64,000 nt of DNA from the NCBI RefSeq assembly GCF_008831285.2, contig NC_045138.2:9238001-9302000 (forward strand), read 5' to 3'. Shown piece by piece: positions 54,069 to 64,000 of the stretch (position 1 is its first letter; each line of letters begins with the position of its first letter). This stretch comes from Nymphaea colorata. Lineage: Eukaryota. The notes beneath the pieces were generated by a model. The model was not told where the DNA came from and made no database searches. It saw only the letters and a list, made by a program, of their open reading frames with translations. The position numbers and the translations under genes were made by a program.

Positions 54069-54206
54069 CTGGAGTGGGCAAGCCTCAACTTTGCGGCCAC
54101 GAAAGAGAGTTGCAGGTTCAGAAGATCCTATTCAAATCTGGAGTGGGCAAGCCTCAACTTCGAGGCCACAAAAGAGAGTTGCAGGTTCAGAAGATCCTAT
54201 TCAAAT
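54069..54206. repeat. 69-bp tandem duplication
   Basis: CTGGAGTGGGCAAGCCTC...CCTATTCAAAT at 54069-54137 and 54138-54206, 3 mismatches. Confidence 0.92.
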
Positions 54207-56599
54207 CAGTACGAGAAATTTCCAACCATGACTAAAAATTTCATGCAATTAAAACAGCTACCCGGTGCGCACAACACAAATGTTCAAAGTTGCGTTCATA
54301 ACATCAGTTCAATAAAAAAAAATGGTCATCCTTCTTCTTAGGATGATTGATTATATGAAAGACAGTTTCTAGGCCATTGTATACAAAAGGAGAGAGAGAG
54401 AGTAGCAAACAATAGTAACATTACTGTGCTTCTTAGATCATGCTCTAAAATAATATCTATTGCATTTAATACAGACCTGTATGATATGCTTGTAAATATT
54501 GTAAACTTTAATTACATTTGCATCAGTAAAAATCACGTTGGATATACAACTCAATGTAATTGTGTTAAAACAAAAAATATCATTGTTATGAAACAACTTT
54601 GTGAAGACACGTTTCTTGTCCATCGCAAGCATAGAATGAAAAAGGAAGTTCAATAGTCGGTGGTCTCCTTATCAAGATAGATTCCATCAGCCACATTTAC
54701 AGTTGGCTACAAATTTTCATTCCTCTTTTGCATTAGAAAGAGAGAGATCCTGAAAAAATGATGAAAACTAAAGCCTTGGAAATCAGGAAGTTAATATACT
54801 TTGCTCGATAACATTTCAGGAGCATAATTTGGATTAAATGAATGAACAGGAAAGGATAAGAAAAGACATGCACAAAGTAGAAGATCAAGGGAACAAATGT
54901 TCTGATAATATTGCTTTATTAGTAGTTGGTCAAATTCAGAGAATTTGTATAACACAGGAAGCCAGTTAAAAGCAAAGCAAATTTTAAAAAGAAAGGAAAA
55001 ATTAGGCCTAGCTGTTTCATAGTTTATTGAAAGAAAAAAAAGAAAAGCAACGGAGAACTTCCTCACACACTCACACACACACACACACACACACACAGAG
55101 GGAGGGAGAGAGAGAGAGAGAACCTTATTGCCCAAGCTACTCATGAGTCCACAATCAATCCAGGAGATGCTGGTATGGCAGATGTATCTATGGGGTTCCT
55201 TCTCACCCACCTAGGCACCATGATTCTGTCCATCTGATTGTTCAATAAAGGTTATATGATAGATTTAAAGAAGTCAATCAAATTTTACAAAAAAAACAGT
55301 TGGAAATCAATCAGATTCTGTTCAAATTCACTGCCATCTATGCTGGACATTTTCTTCCCATTTTCCAGTAGCAATTTCTGATTTTTGATGCAAAATATGA
55401 GCTTTTTTGTTAAAAAAATGGAGCTTTTGTGCAGAAACATATTAAGGCTGTGTCTAGGATGATTTGGAAACCAGACTCAACAGAAATTGATCCACATTAG
55501 GTTGGATTTTGATGAAATCATGCCCACAGTTTAAATTTCCAAATTTAAATATATTGCCCACAGTTTAAATTTCTAAAATTCCAGCTGCCACTCTTGACTT
55601 TCAGCAAGAAAAAACTTGATTTTCTGGTTCAATTCAACGCAGCAGAGATGGAGAGATGAAGAGAGACATAGGCAATGTAAATGAGAGAGAGAGAGAGGCA
55701 GAAAGAAATCTATGGAGAGATCAAGAGAGAGACAGGCGATCGATGGTGTGAACTCTAGTGAACTTACCATGCATTGAGAACCAGAGTGCAGAGCTTCTTT
55801 TGCTGCCTCCTTTTTTCGACCGTCACTCCTTCAATCACCACTCTGCGCTACTTCTCTTGCCTTTACTACTATCAGATTTTAAACACAGGCATACAATAGA
55901 CACTAACATTTTAAAGACAAGGGTCATTTTCGACAAGGAGAGAGTGAGAGTCGTTGTTGTTTGTAATGGAAAGGGATTGTGGTTGTTCCTAATGAAAGGC
56001 CAAACCAACACACAGTGTTGGATGTGTCACTAATCGAGTGTCTTCCCCTTTTCCTGCCTCGGCCGTATCCTCAGTACTCTGGAATCATGTTCCCCCATGT
56101 GGAAGTGTCAACAATCGCCTTCCCTTCCTTACCAGCTGTCCTCCCATTTTCTCTTTTTGACAAACCTGGTGGTGAGTCGTTCACCATCACCTCACTCTCC
56201 AAACCAATCATTTCTTTGATAGTTTTCATTCCATCCAAACAACGAGAATGCTAAAATTTATTTTTTAATGGAGGAGAAAGAATCAAACCTGATGAGGACT
56301 CATGGTTCTCGCCTTCGATTCTTTTTGTTATCAATTGATTCTCCATCTCCTGCTCTATCTTCCCAGCAATTGCTGGTCTCCTGTCAATCAATCTCTGCAT
56401 TCCAATCTTTCTGGGTCTAACGTTCCTTTTCAACTTCCATCTGCCTATGGAGAAACCAAAACTTGTTATCCCCCAATTCTGGTTCTCCTTTTGATCTGGG
56501 TCTCTCCTTTATTAACTCCTCATTTTTTCCCAATTTTTTTTTCTTATTCTCTCCCTGCCACTCCTTACCTCTCCTGACATAATGATAATTTCCAATTCC

Positions 56600-57460
56600 T
56601 TCCACCCATCTTTCTTTGCCACACCCTCTTGAAAAGAAACCACCAATTGATTAACTCTACACCGACTTGCCATATGAATATATATTTGCTTTGCAATGGG
56701 AGGAAATTTTAATATTACTCACATAGTTGGTTTCTTGAATAACAATTTCTCCCTCTTCCAATTTCAATTCAACCTCGGATTTTGGATTGAAATCCATTGC
56801 TACCTACACACAAATTCTGCAAGCCCATGCTTGACATCGATTGAGTATGGATGTCATCTTCCATCGGTTTTCCCCATAGCACTCTGGCAATAGATTGCAA
56901 AGTGCATCGATTCCATAAAATACTGGCAAATTAGGAACCCTAATCCAGATTGGCACTCTTATATTCTCCTCAATCGATAAGGAAAGGAGCATCTTAGATC
57001 CCATCTGCTGGCAATCATCACTCTTCCACCCAGTTTCCATTCTCCCCTTCTAAAAACTACCCTGAGTTCGTCCACACTGTGAACCCTTACAAGAAAGCAT
57101 CCCTTCCTAAGAAAGAGAACTTAAGGTTTGCAAATTCTCTTCATGGACTTATCAGATCATTAGCAATGCTAGCATAAACAATGATCTTCTTCTATATGTC
57201 TCCAATGAAACAGCCAATCACAGTCCAACGAAAGGGCTGCTTCATCTTTTCCAAAACTCTTGAAGCCATCTTGAATTGAGAGTTCCTCAATATCCACTTC
57301 TGAATCTTAATGATGAGAGCCACAGATTTGCACCCACAATCTTGTCGTTGAGGATTTACCAGGGAGATATCGATTATCAGAAACCCGAGAAGGTCCGCCC
57401 TTTTCGAACACCCTTCCTCCCTCCATTCCACTTCCAAAATTCTTGTCCATGGATTACCAA
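56600..57460 (-). mobile_element. Decayed L1-type LINE ORF1 (DUF4283-like) relic
   Basis: GEWKLGGRVMIASRW, VPIWIRVPNLP and ACRICV motifs across frames, typical of plant LINE ORF1. Confidence 0.7.
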
Positions 57461-58909
57461 ATATCATAACTTGTCAATGTTTGGACCTTCTTGTAGTTAG
57501 ATGATTTTGTGTATTTATTATTGTTTAATGTGAGATGGCAAGGTGTATATCCTCGTGGTTTTATGTTAATATAAACGGTGAAGACACTTATTTTTTCAAA
57601 TAAGTTGATGGGAACATTTCAAAATTTATCTAAATATATGGGGATGAGAAGAAATACAAAATATTTGCACTGATGATTAAAAGTAAACTTCTGCTAGTGA
57701 ATAATAGCTTACGTATAATTATTAAGATGAAAAGACTAAAAGTACTTTCTATATAAACAAATCAATTAGCTCATTAATTTCCATTATCGGCCACTGTGAC
57801 AACACCAAATAACATACGTATGTGGTTAACTATGTCCCCACCAATTATGCCCTGTTATTAATGCATGAAATCATAAAAAATTAAAATTAATGTTGCTTTT
57901 AACTTAATTATATAATTATTAGGTGAGCGTACATGTTCGTTTGAAGGGTACTAAGTTTATATATATTTTATTTATCATGGAACAACGGTGCTGTTTTTAT
58001 AATAACAAAAGTTAGGTGTATTTTTGTAAGTTGTCAGATGCTTCCTGGTGGTACTAGGAATTCAACATTCTGGATCTCAGACTCGGTCTGGTTGGACTTC
58101 GACCCAAATCCCTTTGTTGACCTGACCAACGTCATGAAACATCATTAATTTGGTTTTGCGAATCCACTTTGATTAGGTATGTAAATGGATTTACTGAGTT
58201 CAACTACCACTTGACCTGATTTTGGATTCATTTTTGGTGCAAAAATTTGGAGCAAACAGGTTTAGATTGGTCATGCGCATTCATAAGTGAATCAGAATGG
58301 GAGTCCAATGTTCCAGTGCGATCCAATAAGGAAAGTGTATTTTTGTAATTTCATCATACTCAAACTTGTTTTTGTGAAAGCTTCATTCCTTTCTTTCAAG
58401 GCACCGTGTCTAAGGTGAAGATGTTGTTGGTCAATACATGCTAGAGTAGAAGATCCAAGTTCAAGCTCAAACCTAAAGGGAATATCTAAATCATGGTTTA
58501 AACTCAAATTATTATTTTTAATTACGTGGTCTCATATATATACACACACATACAAGAAATGTCAATGCTGTCAGATGCTAGGTATGAATAAAATGTAGAA
58601 ATTTGTTGCTAAAAGTAAACTGTCATCCACCATAAATTGACATTGTTGTTTAGTACTTGTCATTTTAATTAGCTGTACGTTCTTCAATTTTATGTCTTTT
58701 TGTTTGGACCTTAGAAAGAGACTACACATAGTTAAATGTACGAACATTTACTGGACATTTACAACTGAGTTATATACATTACCACCGATGTCACCTGAAT
58801 CGGCTGGATTGGGCCGAGAAATCATTTCCAATAAATGCTTCCATTTGGTGGTACATCAACTCGACCTGGTGTATCCTTCTGCATTTCTTAATAGATACAA
58901 AAAAAAATA

Positions 58910-60330
58910 TATTCTTAATTAGTTTTTATATTCTTCCATTCATTTTCTCCAATTTTCTTTTATTGGCATCTAAATCATTTACATTATTGAATTGGCCGAT
59001 CCACCAAATTGGCAGCATACATTGTAGACTCGATTCAGATATCGGTTCTTACAACACAGTGATCAGACCATGAGGCAGTCTTGAATGTTTGATTGCTCCA
59101 AAAAATAACGTAGGGACCATCGGGCTTGTTTGTATTACAATATATGGGTACTAGTTCTCGGGCTGCCCACTGGGAGACGAGCTCAAGCTTCAGCTCGGTC
59201 AACTTCAGCTCAAGGCGGCTCATATGTTGCCGACTCATATGTTGCCAACTCCCCATTTGATCTGATTTATTTCCTTCATTGTAAGTTTGAAACGTATGAA
59301 AAAAAAAAGATAGGCTAGATAAAATTTTTATTTTTAATTAATTTTCATAGATATTTTTCCATTCATTTTGCTTAAAATTTGAATTAATTAAGTTTTTTTG
59401 CTGATTTAAATCATTTAGATTATTAGATTGGCCCGTTCACCCAATTGGCAGCATTGTCTATTTGATTCAAACATGAGTTTTTACAACAAAGGGATCAGGA
59501 CCATCTTGAATATTTCTGTGTGTGACCCTTTTATTGAACCAAAAATAGAGAGAAGGAATATATAGGGACACATAAAAAATAATAAAATAACAAAAAGGGG
59601 TTACCAAGAAGCATAAAAAGTTTGGAGCAATTTTGTCAACCCGATAAAGCAATTGTTCAGCTTTCCACCGACGTCCTGATCGGACCAAACGTCTTTCTGT
59701 TTTGACAACCTCATGTCCTCACCCTTTTGTTGTTCACAACAAGGACAAAGATATCTTTGTTCCTGCAATGAATAATCGCTGATTGGACAGAGTGCGTCCA
59801 AGGAGAGGCAGAGCGAGAAATTGTTGAGGAGGCTTAATTAAAGTTTTTAAATTTTGACTAGGCTGAAATATTATTTTTCTAATTTTTATACAAAACAAGT
59901 GAAATTTTTAAAATTTACATATATATATATATATTTTTTGAGGTGGGGCTAAGACCCCCACCCCTGCTACTCTAAAAAAGACACATATATAATTAGAATG
60001 AGTTTTCTCGCCATTGCATGACCAATCGCAGATCACTTTTGATCATCGCATCTTTGGATATTGCTCTTTAGTTTGTGAAAAGCTAGCTAGCTTCAAATAA
60101 AGCTATTAAGTTCATAGGCCTTTAATTTTGTGTAATGAGAAGCACCGAGGCTATCTTAATTAGGAAAAATTGTTTCTCTGGGTCAAATCGACAATGCTGC
60201 CAATTTGGTGAACCGGCCAATCCAATAATCCAAAAGATTTAGATGCAAATCAGCAAAAAACAAAAAAAATTAAAAACTCAAATTTTCTTCCAGAAAAATA
60301 AATCGAAAAATATAAAAATTAGTCTTAGTT
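58910..60330. repeat. Dispersed ~150-bp repeat: direct copies at 58910-59045 and 59330-59480, inverted copy at 60175-60330
   Basis: Shared core ATTGGCC....CACC.AATTGGCAGCAT; a partial copy also at 49620-49720. Confidence 0.7.
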
Positions 60331-61240
60331 AAGTTTAAAAAAATACAAGGTTTTTTTTTTATAAAATCCTTGTTAAAAACATGAAAAATAAGTTTTAAAA
60401 AAATGGCAAAACAAAAAACGTGTTTTTCCTCATTTTCTCTTTTTCTCCTGTTTTTAAATGTCAAATTGTTTGTTTCTATTTTTCAATTGCATTTGTTGCT
60501 TATTTACTCTCTCTTTTTTCTGTTGTCTTTTCAATTTCACATTTATCTTATTTGCCCCAAACATTTTTTTTTTTTTTAAATTACCATATTTTTATTTTTT
60601 TAAGGTTGCTGTATTATATATAAAAAACCTTGCTGTTTAAAAAATAAATATGATATTCATGACTATGGTCGAAACCTAATTTGGGCATATAGAAAAAAAA
60701 GGTTCAATTGACAGCTTTTGATTTGAGATTGAATAAACTTGAAAAGTGGTATAGGGAAATAAGTTAGGGGCTACCAAGAACAACCGTGCCACTGGATTTG
60801 GGAATGTGAAGCAATGTGTCACGTTTCCAAGGAGTAGTTGAGTCTGTTGGGATTTTCCCATCTGGATAGTCCTACGTCGATATGGGTCCATATCCGTTTC
60901 GGACCCTAAGTATAAATACTTGTGTCTTCTGATGGTGTGAGACACATCAAGTTTTTACCGTCTGGGTAATCGGTCCCCTTAGCCATACGTGAATTGTCTG
61001 TCCCCATCATTGGGCTGCTATGGCTGAGGAGAGAAACCCATTGCCGTCGCCGCCACCGCTGCCGCCAATGCCGTTGGTAAACGACTCTATGGGGACTGTA
61101 GCCGTTCTTCCCACTCAGTCGGCGGTCGCCTCTACAGGTTCTTCTTCCGCCCTTTATGAAACACATGAATCATGAATGTCTCTTTCGATTTCTGCATTTT
61201 CGTTTGTGCGCTATCTAGATTTCTATCAAAGTTCCAACAA

Positions 61241-61273
61241 TGGGTTATGGGCCCACACCACGCTTCCACTGCG
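61241..61273 (+). other. Primer-binding site complementary to the anticodon arm and D arm of initiator tRNA-Met
   Basis: TGGGTTATGGGCCCAC-ac-CACGCTTCCaCTGCG versus the reverse complement of plant tRNA-iMet as I recall it (...CGCAGCGGAAGCGTGGTGGGCCCATAACCCA); starts 1 nt after the LTR end. Confidence 0.85.
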
Positions 61274-62627
61274 TGTTTCCCTTTCCATATTGTTTTCACT
61301 CAAAAAGGAAGAGGGTAGAAACATGGAAGAGGGCACCGGGCGACGTTTCCGGCCGTTAGGCAGGCGTCGGCCGGCCATTAGGCGACGGCCAAACCTTCCC
61401 ATCCTGGTGCGACCCGCCGGTGGCCACCCACGCCGTTGGGTGGCTTGTCGGTGGGCTTTTTTTTCGGCGCTGTTTCAGCCGCCCGACAAAGGGAAAGGAA
61501 GGGAAGACGGAAGGCGTTGGCTTCTGTTGAAGGACGACTGCTGGAAGGGAGGCCACCGGCGGGTTCGCCGTCGCCGGACGGCACAGTGCGACCCATCGAT
61601 TCCCACCCAAGTCGTACGAAGCCCTGCCGGTTGTCCATTTTCTCCTCGCTGCCGTTTTCAACCACCGACATACAGAGAATGGTTTTTTTTTTTATTTCGT
61701 TTGATTCCGGCACCCACCTCCGCTTCTCTCCCTCTGGGAACTTCCCTGTCGTCGGACGACGGCATCCCACCCGTCGGCTCCCACCCATAGCCCTTGGAGG
61801 CTCGTCGGAGGCGATTCCGCCGTTCCCTGCCGTTGCAGGCGAGCGGCGGTTTGCGTAGCCTGAAACCACTCGCTAGGTCCAGCGGGAGTCGGTCGGGCGG
61901 AAGCGGGGAGGCGGGTCGGACCCGGATCGGGTCAGTCCTGACCCGACTCGGATCCATAAAAGTTTAAAAAAAAAAAAAATCTCATTGCGCCAGCTCTTCC
62001 GCCCGCTTTGATTTCAATGTTTCGGATCGGGTCGGGTCCGGTTGGACACGATCCTTATCCATTCAATCTGATTCCATAAACAGAACCGAGCGGTCCGTTT
62101 TAGAACCGATTCGATCCGTTTCATAACCGATTCGGACCTCTTGGGATCGGTTCAGACATTTTGGAACCGATTCAGATCTTTTATGGACCGGTTCAGTTGA
62201 TTTTAAGACTGGTTCATTCCGTTTCAGAACCGGTTCGAGCCCTTTTGAACCGATTCAGAGTTGTTTCAGACCGGTTCTTTTCCTTTTGGTATCGGTTCAT
62301 CTAGTTTTCCACTGGTTCGGTCCATTTAGGACTGATACGAGACCGGTTCTAAGCTAGAGGAAGCTGGTATATGTATTTTTATGCCCATTTAAGGTGATTA
62401 ATGGATTGGTTCGATCATTTTAGATCGATACGGGACCGATTCATTATGTTTTATGGAGCTTTAATGAATAATTTAGATGGTATTAAGTTGATTATGCAGA
62501 AATGATTCATGTGATTCGTGTATTTCATTTTAAATGTGTTATTGTGACATATTATATTTTTGTATCATGTTTTGTTTAGGATTATGCTAAGGTTAAATTT
62601 TATTGCATGATCATAAAGTTGTACGAT

Positions 62628-63037
62628 AACGCTAATGTAAGGAGCCTATGATTAATTAAATCATGTTATACCTCACCAAAGTGACTACGCATGATTTAAA
62701 GGCACATTAGTGTTTCATGTTGTACTTATTCTCATTTGAAGTAGCATAAAGTGACTACGCATGATTTAAAGGCATATTAGTGTTTCATGTTGTACTTATT
62801 CTCATTTGAAGTAGCATAATTACTCAAAGGTAGTGTGTTATGTTCAGGAGAATAAGTAGAGTAAAATAGGAAAATAGATCCTTACATAGTCCTGTCATTT
62901 TGCACTCAAATGTGTTATGCTTAACTATAGTTTGGATTTACATTTCTTAGTTTTACTAAATAAAGTTAAGACGAAATACATGTACGTATTAGGTATATTA
63001 CCAAAGTAGTATCCTAATGACCCCTTGTATTTGTCTT
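62628..63037 (+). other. Array of four stem-loops with CAAA-containing loops in the copia leader
   Basis: Paired arms read directly from the sequence; see findings. Confidence 0.75.
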
Positions 63038-63138
63038 GGAAATAGTAAACATAAAGAGCCTTTTATTTGATTTACTGTTCCATATGGTTTGTCTCATATA
63101 ATGCATGTCAACTTATGGATGTCTTTTGTCATCTGCAG

Positions 63139-64000
63139 TGCCTGGATCTATTTATTTTAATGGCTCAAATTCTATCTATTTACTTGATGATTCAAATTAT
63201 GCTGAATGGAAAGAAAATGTTGTGTTTACATTGGGGTATATGGATCTGGACATGGCTTTGAGGCGACCTGAGCCACCACCTCTTACACAAGAAAGTACAC
63301 ATAATGAAATAGTGTATTTTGACAAGTGGGAGCATTCTAACCAACTAAGCTTGTTGCTTTTGTAATCAAGGGTCGCTAAGAACATACGTGGTGCTATCCC
63401 ACCTTGTAGATCGGTGAGAGAGTTCTTGGATGCAGTTGAGGCTCAGTTTGTCAATTCTCATAAAGCTAGAGCTAGTACCATAATGTCAAAGTTAATATCT
63501 ATGAAATATCAAGGAGGGGCTAACATTCGCCAACATATGTTAGAAATGAGGAACATTGCTTCTCAATTGAATGACATGAAGTTGACTATTTCTGAATCAT
63601 TCTTGATATTCTTTACTTTGACCTCTTTACCAACTGAATATACTCCTTTTAAGATCAGTTACAACACACATAATACTGAATGGACATTCAATGAATTGAT
63701 GTCCAAGTGTGTTGAATAGGATGAAAGAATAAAGGGTAAGAAGTTGCAAAGTGCACATATGGTTTCTCACTCTGAGGCTGGTAAACTTGGCATAAAGAAA
63801 GTTCAATGAAAAGGAGTGTCAAAAAGAAGTCAACAGGACAAACTGTTTCCCAAACTGCGCAGACTAACTTAGCCCCTATAAAGTGTTTCTTTTGTAAGAA
63901 AAAAGGGCATAAGAAGTGAGACTGCATCAAGTACAAGAATTGGTTAGAGAAAAAATGTAACATGTCATTTGTTTTATTTGAAAATAATAAGTTTCATGTT
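63139..64000 (+). pseudogene. gag: copia gag (UBN2-type domain + CCHC zinc knuckle), interrupted by stops
   Basis: ORFs 63105-63365 and 63414-63719 share a frame and are separated by TAA; CCHC motif near 63884-63926. Confidence 0.88.

Larger units (their letters stand above)
60845..64000 (+). mobile_element. Ty1/copia retrotransposon, 5' part (LTR, half-tRNA PBS, long leader, gag); runs off window
   Basis: LTR 60845-61239 (TGTTGG...CCAACA, TATAAATA at 60911). PBS follows at 61241. gag from ~63139 (NYAEWKENV..LGYMDLDMALR, SLPTEYTPFKISYN, zinc knuckle CFFCKKKGH..DC) with premature stops. Confidence 0.9.

Noticed and set aside
61241..61273. Possible tRNA-Met gene on the minus strand
   Set aside because: Only the D arm and anticodon arm are present, directly after an LTR end, so it is a primer-binding site.
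61176..61957. Overlapping 100-204 aa ORFs on both strands
   Set aside because: GC-rich retrotransposon leader with few stop codons; Arg/Pro/Gly-biased translations and no recognisable domain.

Overview
Angiosperm nuclear DNA, AT-rich and repeat-dense. The + strand from 2523 to 37953 carries the 3' part of an intact rRNA-biogenesis gene RRP5. I traced 27 exons (1363 codons, S1 repeats then HAT/TPR repeats), including one GC-AG intron; the 5' exons lie upstream of the window. Its introns reach 13.6 kb and hold Ty1/copia retrotransposons, a truncated hAT transposase and nested hAT MITEs with 8-bp TSDs. Downstream lie a decayed copia copy, a possible GRF-zinc-finger transposon relic, a pseudogenised LRR-XII receptor kinase (- strand), a LINE ORF1 relic and the 5' part of another copia element at the window end. 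That last element is the most unusual object. Its primer-binding site pairs with the 5' half of initiator tRNA-Met over about 31 nt instead of the 3' CCA end. Its leader holds four adjacent long stem-loops with unrelated stems but a shared (U)CAAA(G) loop. All calls are by eye, with no database searches.
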